DNA from: Selaginella moellendorffii
Taxonomy: Eukaryota > Plantae > Lycopodiophyta
Assembly: GCF_000143415.4 (NCBI RefSeq)
Contig: NW_003314264.1
Span: 3,585,229-3,649,228, forward strand
Reading direction: 5' to 3'
DNA: 64,000 nucleotides
The notes below the pieces were generated by a model that searched no databases, had not been told where the DNA came from, and saw only the letters and a program-made list of their open reading frames with translations. Below, in pieces: positions 12,625 through 24,104 of this stretch. The first letter of the stretch is position 1. Each line of letters opens with the position of its first letter. Made by a program: the position numbers and the translations under genes.

Positions 12625-14937
12625 TTACAGACTGCTTGCTGCTAACTTGGTAATGTTAGAGAGCAGCACATAAGGAACAGTAAAAGTGGAATCAACCTTA
12701 CAGATTATATGCTTCGCAGTAGCCGTAGCGCGTCGAACATCATTGTGGATCTTACACCCACTGAGTAAGGCTCCCCATGCAGAAAAGCTAGGCAGGTATG
12801 GCATTGCATTCATAAGTTCTTCTGCCTTTTGGAGCTCTCCAGCCCGCCCGAGAACATCGATCAACGAACAGTAGTGCTCCGACGAAGGAGCAATGCCGAA
12901 GTCGTCCCTCATCCTGAGAAAGTGGGAGCTGCCAGCGTGGAGCAGGCCTTTGTGGCTGCAAGCGTTGAGCAGCAGCACCAAGGAGACCGAGTTTGGCTCG
13001 AGGCCTTGGAGGGTCATCTCTCGAAAGAGCTCTACAGTGACTCCGCCATACCCAGCTCGAGCTTGTGCCGCCATCAGTGTGTTCCACGAAGCTACGTCTT
13101 GCTCTGGCATCGCTCTGAAAACAGCCGCCACTCTCCTCACTGCTGGAACGGTCTGTGCGTAAATCTCCAGCATCGAGTTCCAGGTGATGAGGTTTCGATC
13201 GAGCATTGTGACAAAGATGGCGAGTGACTCGCTAAGCAGGGCTGGATATGCAGAGATCATTGCATTGCAAGTGACAACGCTCCACACAGGCATCCTCTCG
13301 AACAGCACTCTAGCTTCCTCAATGTACCCTCTTTGGGCGTATGCTGCAACCATGGCTGTCCACGAAACCACGTCCTTTACAGGCAGGGCATCAAGCAATT
13401 GTCTTCCACTCTCCAGGTCTCCCTCTTGAATGTAACCTTGTATTACCGTGTTCCAAGTCACCACACTCCACTCTGGCATTGTCTTAAACAATGCTAATGC
13501 TTCACACAGATGCCCAAGCTGGGTATACGCTTGGAGAAGTACGTTAAATGAAACGACGTTGTGACTCTCCATTTGATCAAAGGCTAGTTTGGCATCGTCA
13601 AGGTTCTCGGCTTGAGCAAATGCTTGGATCATGCCCGTACAAGCAACTACGTCCCGGAAGGGCATAGAGCTAAACAAGTTGGCAGCTAGATCGATATGCC
13701 CGTTTAAGGCATAAGCTTGGAGCATTGTGTTCCAAGAAACCATGTTGTGCTCCGGCATTGCATCAAAAGAGTTCTTCGCGTCATCCACCTGAGAAGCTTG
13801 CGCAAAGGCTGATAGAAGTGTGGTCCAAGTGACAATGTCCCTCTTGGGCATTGTTTGGAAGATCTTGCTGGCTTGATTGTGATGACCATCCTCCGCGTAT
13901 CCTGCGATCAGTGCGTTCCAAGTCACAATGTTGTGTACTGGCATGGAATCAAACATCTTCTTCGCATCCTCTAAACGATCGTTTTGAGCGTAGCCCTGGA
14001 TCATTGCGTTCCAAGACACGATGTTTCTCAGCGGCATCTGGTCAAGTATTTGCTTTGCTATGCCAGGATGGCCGCTCTGTGCATATGCCGCCAAAAGCGC
14101 AGTCCACGAAACCACGGTTGGATTCGGCATTCTATCAAAGAACTCCCTGGCGAGATCCAGTTCCCCGTTCTGCGCAAAACCTGTGATCATCGTGTTCCAT
14201 GAGATTTCGTCTGGAAGAGGCATGGTTTGGAAAATCCTGGCCGCATTGTTGAGGTTTCCTTCATGCGCGTAGCCTTGGATCATTAGATTATAAGAGACCG
14301 TGTCCTTGATAGGCATGGAGTAGAAAGTCCTTTCCGCTTTGAACATATGCCCATGTTGGGCATACGCATTAATCATAGCGTTCCAAGTTACTAGGTTCTT
14401 TTCTGGCATGCAATTAAACAGACGCTCTGCATATGCAAGGCTCCCAAATTGTGACAACGCACAGATCATTGTCGTCCAGGCAACGACGTTGCGATCTGGC
14501 ATTCGATCAAACATGGCTTGGGCCTCTTGCAGATGCCCGTTTTGGGCATATGCTGTAAAGATGATGTTCCACGAGAAAAGGTTGGGCCGGGGAATCGAAT
14601 CAAACACCGCCCGTGCCTCGACCAGGCTCCCGCATCTTCCATACATCTGTATAAGCAAATTAGAGAGGAACTTGTTGCTGCTTGTGCTGCTGATCAGGGC
14701 GTGGATCTGTCTCCCTTTCTTCAAGTCCCCAGAATTCCCACACTCCCTCAAAAGTAGCGCAAGCTTCTCAATCCTCTCCTCTTCCCCGTGGAGCATGGCT
14801 TTGGGCTGGGCCACCAAGGTGAGGCAAGGCAAAATGCCCATCCTTCCATTTGTGTTAAGAAAATAGTTATTGCCGTATAAACTATAAAGTGCTCCTACTT
14901 TTGCATTACATAAACCATACTTAACATGAGCCAGCAT
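12625..14937 (-). CDS. PLS-class PPR protein with E domain, no DYW (true start may be downstream)
   Basis: 770-aa intronless ORF; ~31-aa S-type repeats (NVVSWNxMxxxYAQxG); E region HYCSLIDVLGRAG...WGALLSGCKIH. Confidence 0.92.
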   Translation of the reverse strand: MLAHVKYGLCNAKVGALYSLYGNNYFLNTNGRMGILPCLTLVAQPKAMLHGEEERIEKLALLLRECGNSGDLKKGRQIHALISSTSSNKFLSNLLIQMYGRCGSLVEARAVFDSIPRPNLFSWNIIFTAYAQNGHLQEAQAMFDRMPDRNVVAWTTMICALSQFGSLAYAERLFNCMPEKNLVTWNAMINAYAQHGHMFKAERTFYSMPIKDTVSYNLMIQGYAHEGNLNNAARIFQTMPLPDEISWNTMITGFAQNGELDLAREFFDRMPNPTVVSWTALLAAYAQSGHPGIAKQILDQMPLRNIVSWNAMIQGYAQNDRLEDAKKMFDSMPVHNIVTWNALIAGYAEDGHHNQASKIFQTMPKRDIVTWTTLLSAFAQASQVDDAKNSFDAMPEHNMVSWNTMLQAYALNGHIDLAANLFSSMPFRDVVACTGMIQAFAQAENLDDAKLAFDQMESHNVVSFNVLLQAYTQLGHLCEALALFKTMPEWSVVTWNTVIQGYIQEGDLESGRQLLDALPVKDVVSWTAMVAAYAQRGYIEEARVLFERMPVWSVVTCNAMISAYPALLSESLAIFVTMLDRNLITWNSMLEIYAQTVPAVRRVAAVFRAMPEQDVASWNTLMAAQARAGYGGVTVELFREMTLQGLEPNSVSLVLLLNACSHKGLLHAGSSHFLRMRDDFGIAPSSEHYCSLIDVLGRAGELQKAEELMNAMPYLPSFSAWGALLSGCKIHNDVRRATATAKHIICKVDSTFTVPYVLLSNITKLAASSL

Positions 14938-16630
14938 GCATCCTCGGAGAAGGCTGGGAGATGGCTCCTCGTCATCTTCGTGTTACAGTGATATGTAAGA
15001 TTGCTATTGTCTTGGTTTCCCTCACTTGGTTTTGTAGCTCTCTCATGTATAGAGAAACAATATATAAGTACAGACGTACATATATGAGTCCATTTTTCAC
15101 GCCTGACTTACGTGGTGAAGTTATGAGGAATGCTTAGAGTTACACTGCACCTCACGCCTCACTCTCTCTAAGTATCTATGCAAGTTTAATCTAAACTACT
15201 CTTGCATAATTGATTCACTGGTATCACTGGAAATGGAAATAGGATATCTTCCCTAAGAACTCGGGCAACATCCTCTTGTGTGTATAATGCTGCTGGGCAC
15301 TTGCCTCAGCTTCTTCAAAGGCTAGGAACACAATGGACTTGGAGAAGATAGAGCCATGGTCCCATTACGATCCATTGGCTGCCCATGTTGCAAAGAACTA
15401 AGATAAGGTGCTAAGCATCCAATAAATAAGAAATTGAAGAAAGAACTTGGAAAAAGCTGATCATGGTGAAGAGTAGTGAATTCATGATCACCACTTGTGA
15501 TCATGGAGGAGATTTATGTTGAGCTCGAAATAGCCTACAGCCTAAATCTCTAGAGGATGATAATGTGGGCAAAAGGGATGGCATTTTAGGTGTTGATATA
15601 TTTATGTTACTATATAAGCTAATTTAAGATATGTAGAATTCACTTATTTAACTTCCCTAAATCTAATTTTCGTTTATTGTGTGCGCAAAGTCGCAAACAT
15701 ATTAATATAGGGCAAAACACAGATTATATATTTTTAAAAAGAAGATTTAGGTGTTATATAGCAATATAGTTTGAAAGATATAAAAATTCTCCTAAATTAT
15801 GAAAACATAATCTCTAAAATTAATATTATTATTTTTCCAATTAACTAAAACCTTTACTCGGTTTTCTGCCATAAAAGAAAATTAAAAATAAAAATCAATC
15901 CTCGAAAATTCAAGAACTCCCTTTCTTCCCTTTCAATTGATCTTTTTATGGATTAATGTGTGATAATGATCATTCTAAGACACCTTACCTTCTTTGGAAG
16001 AAAAAAAAAGAAATGAAAGCTCTCTTCTCTAGAAACAAAGAAAATAACATTTCTCATCTTCTTTATTTAAGATTCACCCAAGTGAAACCCAAGCATACAG
16101 GAAAGCATTAACAACAATTATGAAAGTAAATGGGGCCATCTATATTGCCAAAAAAAAATTCTAACAATAATCATAAATAGCTCACTTTGCCCTGTCAAAA
16201 ACCTAATGCTAAATGCTGTGACAATGAAAAGTAGATAACTCAGTGTATACATTGGAATAAAATGGATTCTAAAATTGCAAAAAACCCTAAATTCATTATC
16301 CCATTCGGAAGACATTTTTACCTTTGAGAGATTTTCTTATGGGGAAAATTTGTCTGCCTAATTCATCTCTATTGGGAAGTTTATCCATTAGGGTATTTAC
16401 ATGATCCCCAATATATACTAAAATCATCAAAAGTAATCAATCCATATCAAGACTTCAAATTTTACTATAAATGGTGTCCCAAAACGAATAGTAGAACTTA
16501 ACATGAAATTTTTCCCAAACCACTGGTTCGAGCTATTTTGACCGTTAATTGACTAGAAGATACTCTTCACAAGTCCAAAAGAAAGAACAAAAGAAACTTA
16601 AATTAATAAAGGTAGGTAGATGGGCGAGCT

Positions 16631-17975
16631 ATGGAAGCCATGGTGATCAGGAAATTGGTAATAGCTCTTGTGATGGCGGTGTATAGGATTCTTGCGGTTC
16701 GATCGGGCCAGTCCAGCAGCGGCAGCATTGTCAGCCCCGATTCCATGTTTGCATTTGGGGATTCTTTGAGCGACACCGGAAACGATGCCTCGGCGTTCCC
16801 TGGATCAAAGCCCTCGCTCCATTACGGCCAGACTTTCTTCCGCAAGTTTGCTGGCCGGGCCTCGGATGGGAGGCTTCTCATTGATTTCTTGGGTCAGTTC
16901 TTTCGATCTTCCTTTCCGAGTGAATTTCTTTTCAAGTTCTTGTTCTTTCTCCGAAACTTTTAGCGCAAGCATTTGGTCTTCCATTCCTTAGCCCCTACTT
17001 GCAAGGTTTCAATGCGGACTATCGGCATGGAGTCAACTTCGCGGCTAGAGGAGCCACTGCTCGCAGCACCTCGATCGTGACACCGTTTTTTCTTAGTGTT
17101 CAAGTCAGCCAGATGATCCACTTTCGCGAAGCTGTTCTTGCTGCTCCACAAGGTTCCAGTGGTAAGCTTTTGTTTGGCTCTTGCTAAGCTTTTGCTCGCA
17201 GCCACTCCACTCCTCCCAAACTCGACTGTGTTCTCCACGGCGCTCTACGTGATCTACATTGGGATCAACGATTTCTGGCAAAATCTAAACAACAATCGCA
17301 TGACCATCCAGCAGATAAACTCGACCGTGGTTCCTCAGTTGATACAAACAGTACCCAAAGCTTTGGAGGTAGCAATTCTTCTTCTTCTTCTTCTTCTTCT
17401 TTACATGTAACAATGAGATGATCTTTCTCACGTCTTTCTCTTAAGGCACAAGCAGAGGCTCTACCACGACGTTGGCGCGAGAAAGTTTCTTATTGTCACT
17501 GTTCCTGCCGTGGGATGCCTTCCAGTCGTCTTGAGTGAGTTTGGATCCTCCAGTTCGGAAGATTACGATGCCAGTGGCTGCTTGCGAGCTTTCGACGATG
17601 TCGTGGGGTCGTACAACGCACGGCTGCGCGCTCTGGCTCTCGGTTTCGCGGGGAAGTTTGCTCAAGCTCGAGTCTTCTTTGGAGATATCTTCGCGGTTCA
17701 CAAGGATGTGATTGCCAATCCCGAGCTTCACGGTACGTTGTGCTGATCGAGCTTTGTTGATCTTTCTCGCGGCAGGATTTGCGCCAAGCTCGAAGTTGAG
17801 TGCTTGCTGCGGTGGCGGCGGCAAACTCCATGAAGCCGTGAAGCAGTGCGGGGTGATTGCCACGCCGGTTTGCGAGTCCCCGTCCTCCTACATCAGCTGG
17901 GACGGGATCCATTTCACTGACGCGTTCAATCGCGTTGCCGCTGCCAGTATCCTTGGATCGATTCCATCAATTTAG
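16631..17975 (+). CDS. GDSL esterase/lipase (5 exons)
   Basis: FAFGDSLSDTGN, GRASDGRLLIDFL, GVNFAARGA, IGINDF, SWDGIHFTD. Confidence 0.93.
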
Positions 17976-18063
17976 ATAGAGCATTCTTGTTGGAAGAACA
18001 TGAGCGTTTGCGTAAAGCTGTTTGTATCAGTTGTCTGGCGACAGAAACACGCATGGATCAGAG

Positions 18064-19154
18064 CTAGGTTGAAAGGAAAGAAAGAACTTTGCAAGAGTAA
18101 GTACCAAGAATGCCACACTGCGAAATGACAATCTTTGCATATGGTCGATTGAATCCCCTCTCAGCGACCACTGCTCGGGTATCGCCTATAAGCTTGGCAG
18201 TACTGTGGGGATCCGCGATGAGATTTTTCCCAAGGAACGAAGAGAAGAAAATACGTACCGGAAGTAAAGATTGCTCGTGTTATCTTTGACCACCCTGGTA
18301 CTCGCGATCTTCCGGACAACGTCCAGGCCTTCTACCACCCGGCCTACCACCGAATTCGTTGGATCAAGCTCCGGAGCATCCTCAAAGGCAATGCAAAACT
18401 CAGTCCCGTTTGGATCCGGCCGTGACTCTTCGTATACGACTTCAAACTTCCCGTCGCGAGCTATAAGTTTCGGCTTTGCTGGAGGCTTTGTGGCATCTAT
18501 GGCCATGATCGAAACCGCACCTTTCACGTTCTTCGGCCGTTTCCCCGTCTCGTCTAGCGTTTTCATCTCGCTGGCTAGAGCTTTAGCGTCTAGACCACCT
18601 GCGAATTGAGCTGTATCCTTGGCTCTACCGCTCAGGCTGAAGGTCCTGAGGCCTCCATTCTGTATGTAGTTCCCTGTTATCTTGTAAAAATCTCGCTTCC
18701 TATAACTCACTCCCTTCTGACCAGCCGCAATCTCTCCAAAGCGTCTGGCGCCCACTGGTACGTCGTCTTCGTAGAGTCCAACGACGACGCGGCCTGCCGG
18801 TTCTCCATCGATGCTGATGTCCAGAAAAACTTTGCGTGTCACAGTTGGACACGGCTCTTCGTCAGCGAAAGCAAAATTGTCATAAGTACCGTGCAATGCC
18901 CCTAGTGTATACACTGCTTGAGCAACAAAGCTGCGTTTTCCAGTTGAGAAACTTAAGAAAGGGTTTTCATTCTCTTTTGCTCCAGCGGATTTCCTATATA
19001 CAATGTCAGTATTATATATATCAAGAAACTACACACCCGCGTTCTTTCGTTTTTCTCTAGCATGCAATGTAAATAGCATACCTTCTGCGACACTAATAAC
19101 CCTTTCTAATGTGTTTATACCGACCACATAACTATGAACGGGTTGCTGAATCAT
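18064..19154 (-). CDS. CYP26-2: Thylakoid-lumen cyclophilin CYP26-2-like; main exon 18993-18259; 5' exons and stop uncertain
   Basis: KVFLDISIDGEPAGRVVVGLY...PNGTEFCI...VVGRVVEGLDVV...|TAKLIGDTRAVVAERGFNRPYAKI; KRSF..AFA lumenal-signal-like segment. Confidence 0.8.
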
Positions 19155-19581
19155 GCTCTATCGAAAGCAGAATTCATCTGCCAAAACCGAAAAGGTACTT
19201 AGTACCTGTTGAAATGTATGCATATGCATGGTAACTTCAGCACCTAGAGATGGAATAATTCTTACCCTCGAGAAAATGGAAGCGAGAGAATCGCTAGAAC
19301 AACCTTGATAACCTTTTCAGGAATTCCACTGAAATTAAACATGTCAATAAGGGAAGCAACAAGCAATTTAGCTCAATACCTTTTTTTCTCATCTAGCGCT
19401 TTCACTTCGGATTTCTTCGTGGCGTCCGATTCAACCCTGAGGAAGAGGCTATTTAGTAGCTGTTGAAATATGCGTTTACATTTTGACCACTGCCCATACG
19501 CGCAAAACAAACTTACCGGACTTTGCTTTTGCTACAAATATACGAACAAGCAACCACAACATGGAGTTTAAGTTTCGCGCA

Positions 19582-21995
19582 TTACTTCTCGTCAAAATCA
19601 TAAATGCAAGATCCATTGTCACTCCTTGCGGTTGGGTCATAGTTCGCTGCATTGGGGTCTGCGCACCCTTCAGGCACTGGAATGTTAACCTGTTGTGCGG
19701 CCTTTCCTGAATCAATAATATACAGAGGTCCAGCAGAGGATAAGAAAAAACAAGTAGTTACCGTAAATGTTGGATTTATCGGCGACGGAAATTTTGGGTT
19801 TAGAAGCTTCAGCAGAAAAGTCATATTCGCAAGTTCCATCATCGCTTCTTGCAGTCGGATCGAAATTAGCAGCATTGGGATCGGTACAACCCTCAGGAAC
19901 TGGAAGATTGATTTGCTGTGCAGCTTTTCCTGAAAAAACAATGGTTAACAATCTCTCAGGTGTTTTAGAGAACGTACCATATAAATTATTTTTTTCAGCT
20001 TTTTGACCTTTGGAAAAATCATAAACACAAGTTCCATCATCGCTTCTTGCCGTTGGATCGAAGTTTATAGCATTGGAATCGGTACATCCCTCCGGCACTG
20101 GAAGATTAATCTGTTGTGCAGCCTTGCCTGGTAGAAATGTTCAAGCAAGCAAATAAAAGAAAAACGCACGAGCTTAAATGCTTACCATACAAATTGTCTT
20201 GTTTCAAAGAACTCGTTGCGGGAGTTTTCTCAGCAAAATCATATTCACAAGTTCCGTCATCACTTCTGGCCGTAGGATCGAAGTTTCTTGCGAAGGGATC
20301 AGCGCAGCCTTCTGGAACTGGAAGCTTGACCGCTTGGGCAGCTTTGCCTGCAGTTAAAATGTTCCTCTAAGAAAAGAGAAAGAACGGCGAGTTTTTCTTT
20401 TTTACCGTAGAAGGTATCCTTCTCCCTTTCATCCTCATTTGCATCACCCAAGGAACTCCCCTTCATATACTTATCAGCCAGATGATATCGCTTCACATTC
20501 TCCTGCTCTTTAACAAGCATATTTCCATATTCGAGTAGCTTGTCAATCGTCATGGGAGGCTTTGGAAAAGTCGGGGGACCATCCTTAGAGTTGACCAGCT
20601 TCGGGCCTATATTTTCCACCCCAACCTGGGTAATCCACTTTCTAACCTCGTCATCGTAGACTCGGGCCCTCAGAGCACCAAAGAAGTCTGTTTCACTTCA
20701 CGTTAGTCACAAAAGAATGCCTATAACAATACTCTTCTTACCTATAGATTGTCCTGGAAAGGTGTCCACAAGTTTAACGATGTCCTCATCAGGTACCTCG
20801 TCACTTCTGAAAATGCCTTTACAAACGCCAATCCTGTCCTCCCTTGTAGGCGCCCAGTAGAACTTCTCCATGCGACCGTCACGGATCAAAGGTGCATACA
20901 AAGTCGAGAAATCGTTTCCAGTCACAATGATCGGAACTCGGGGTAACTCCTCCTTGGTGTAAATTCCAGGCAGTTGGACGTTGGTTGGATTGTCCGCGAT
21001 GTTCATCAGTGTTGCATTTACCATCTGGTTGTTGACGGTGTACTGCGTAGTCCCTCCCATTCTTCCAGCACCGGCATCCAGGTCGTTGATAAACAAGACG
21101 CACATTTGGCCTTTCTTCTTGATAATATCAGCTGCTTCCCGATATCTCTGTCGGATTAGCTTTGCAGGTTCTCCAGCATTGCCGCTCTCGAGCTCTCCAG
21201 CGCTCATTGCAATGGGACTGGGGTATAGTCACAGAAAACCCAATCAGTTACAGAGTCATCTCGCTTTTACCACCTTACTTGATTCCTAGTTTGGAAAACA
21301 CCAATTCGCACTGAAATGATTTTCCTTGTCCTTTGCCTCCCCAAACACCGAGAATAAGAGGAACCTGGAAATGGTTTTCCAATTAGCAAGCAAGCCAGCA
21401 GACCATTGGAAGCCACTCCCACCTTAATATTCGGAAGAGCCATGAAATTCTTGGAAATGTGAATGACGAGCTTGTCCATGAACGCTGGAGCGATGTATAA
21501 CCCATCGATGGTGTTATCCATAGAGTAGCTGAAAATTCCAGTCTAAGATGGAAAAATCCGAGCGAAAGAGAAGAACAAAGAAAGAAACTTACACGCGCTG
21601 AGCGGTGTTGAGGTACTCGAGACTCGACATAACGGCAGTCTGCGTTCCTCCTCCTTGAGGGCCTTGATACAGCGAATCCACCATCCCCTTTCCTCTCGTA
21701 ATATCCTGCTGATCATCCGACGTATCGGTCCCCAGGCCTTGCCATCGATCGGTTTTGCTCTGGGAGGATTCATCCACTTGGCAGACTACACGACCTTTGG
21801 CCCGGAAATTCCCCGCGCGAGCACTGAAATCATGCTGATGCACGACGCTGCCGTGAAATGCCGATGAGAGTGGCGATCTTGCGCCAATTGGATGCGCGGA
21901 TGCCTGAATTCCATGGAAATTTCATCAGTGCGTAGATATCTCTAGAGAATGATAGCGCGAGTTACCTGCACTAGGAGCTGCATTGACGCTGCCAT
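19582..21995 (-). CDS. RCA: Rubisco activase (AAA+) with four tandem redox C-terminal extension exons; may extend to 19199 via extra exons
   Basis: [22 protein letters not shown]; Walker A GGKGQGKS; Walker [10 protein letters not shown]; [16 protein letters not shown]; repeat exons 20347-20186, 20127-19978, 19929-19762, 19706-19582. Confidence 0.96.
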
Positions 21996-22186
21996 TGCTT
22001 GATCGAGGAGCCCAGCTCGGCTTACAAACAGAGTGTTGCCCTAGGGATTATTCGTTCTCAACGGCTACAGTCGTGCCACGTTTGAGGGGCTTATCCCAAG
22101 GGAAAGCACTAGAATGCGCCACGTGGACGGATTTTTATCCCATATTTTCCCTCCAAAATTTCAAGGCTTAGGGTTCTAATGTTTTA
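21996..22186. promoter_or_regulatory. Bidirectional RCA/LPA3 promoter with G-box and I-box light-response elements
   Basis: GCCACGTGG at 22118-22126, GCCACGTT at 22075-22082, CTTATCC (GGATAAG) at 22090-22096 within 191 bp between divergent ATGs. Confidence 0.65.
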
Positions 22187-23989
22187 ATGGCGATGGCTTT
22201 GGCCTGCCGCTTTCCTTCTTGGCTCGTAGCTCCGCGCTCTTGCTCGCCATGGAATCGATCTGGATTCTCCTCTTTTTCGCTTTCGCTGCATCCTTCCATT
22301 GGCAGCGATTCCATTTCCAGAATTTTGCGCTTGAACAGGAACTGTGAGCGGTGGAGGAATCGCGCAGCTGTGGACGCAGCGAGCGGATATGATCCACGGG
22401 ACGGGGTCGCGGTGTACAAGCCGGCGTCCTATGACGTTCTTGTGAATGGTGAGTTGTTTCGATGAAGAAGAAATTGTTTTACCAAGCTCTGAATTTACAG
22501 ATGTCGTGGATGCGACATTTTTCGCTCTCGATGAGGGAAACAATAGACTGGAGATTGAATTTCCGTAAGTGTTTTGTTCTTCCAATCATACGATTGAGAG
22601 ATAGATTTTTCCATCCAGGCCGCTGCCAAACGAAATTTCCAGCTACAAGGTATGTTGGATCATTTAAAGGGGTTTCCAAAGAAGAAAAAAAGAGGCAGAC
22701 AAAGAGAAGAAGAAAAAGATTTCTGGCTAACAACAATGTTTCGCAGGGATCATCAGATGACTTTATCGACGCAAATATACAGCTAGCTTTGGCTTTTGCG
22801 AACAAGCTAAACGCAGCGAGAGGCATCGTTACCAAGATAGTAAGGTCGCGTTCTGTGCTCGTGCGTTTTCTAAAGTGGAGTCTATTTATCTAGGTGTTTC
22901 CAGATAACGTGGAGAAGAGAAGAGCTTCCAGGGTTTTTCGATCAGCTTTTGACCTCGTAAGCAACTTTTATATGTTGCCAGATTAGAGCTCATAGTTTTG
23001 TGTGCTACTCAGAGTAAAGGGATAAGCCTCGGCTGCCTGGATGATGTTCCAGGAGGCAATGGCTTTCTAAAAGCATTAAGAGGCGCGTTCGAGCTGGACT
23101 TTCAAGAAGATGTGTCGGGAAAATGGCAAACTTCTTCTCCTCCGTCTATGTATGTCGTGGTGAATTGTAGCGGCAATGAGCTCCCGGATCTTCAGAAGTA
23201 TATGGTGAGGGCTGTGCTTCTGGTTTTATGCGCAACTTCCTTCACGGTTTTCTATGCAATGCAGGATGCCGTCGTGGGAAGTGCTTCTATAGTTTTGTTC
23301 AACTTACAGCTAGATAAGTTAAGGTACGAGAAATGTTTAAAACGTTGAGAACTTCCGTGCTAAGGACCGCGACAGGTCAGATCTTGGCCTGTTTGGATTT
23401 CCAGGCAAGGACTTGCAGTACGAGTTTCTGTCGCAGTTCCTCCCTGCCTTCTACATTCGCACCAGGGATTACTCCAAGGTAAAGTAATGTTCTCTCGAAA
23501 ATCTAATGATGGTAAGAAGATAACGCTCACAGAACGTGCCTTTTGCACCTTTCATCGTTAATTACAGTGGAGCACTACTGAGACGTTATCCTGGTATGCC
23601 ATCGCTCTTAATCTTGTGTTTGCCACATTAAGGCTTGGTTTTGTTTGACTCAGGACCATGGCAAGTCATGATTAAACAAGCGAATGGTGTATATGCTTGC
23701 GTAGCTGAGAACAGACAGCGGTTTACGCTAGGACAAGTATTGTCTCTATAACGTACATAGCATTCGTCTGATCTGGATAAATCGTGCAGGCCAAAGAAGA
23801 ACTTTTGCGATCTCTTGGACTGCAAGAAAAAGAAGGCAGCAACCTAGAGTTCTTGCGTAGAGGTTACAAGGTAAGCCTAGTAGTTGCTTTAACGAAACAC
23901 TTGAAAAGCTTTCCTTTCGTGTCAATTAGACGTCGACATGGTGGGAGGATGATGCAGCTCTCGAGAAATCATCGGCATGGAGAAGCTAG
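22187..23989 (+). CDS. LPA3: DUF1995 chloroplast protein, LOW PSII ACCUMULATION 3-like (multi-exon)
   Basis: [12 protein letters not shown]|[22 protein letters not shown]|PLP..|[17 protein letters not shown]...EFLRRGYK|[13 protein letters not shown]. Confidence 0.88.
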
Positions 23990-24104
23990 TTTCCTTCTTG
24001 TGGACGGAAGCATGTAAATTAAGGTAACATGTTGACTCATTTTGATCTCATCTCTTGCCTCTTTTATCCTGAGTTTCTTCGGTGCTACATAGCTTCGTCA
24101 GACT

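Noticed and set aside
15000-16600. AT-rich intergenic block as a possible transposon
   Set aside because: No terminal repeats, target-site duplication or transposase remnants seen.
19582-20347. RCA repeats as a CRISPR-like array or collapsed assembly
   Set aside because: The repeats are protein-coding, differ at synonymous sites and are separated by distinct GT-AG introns.
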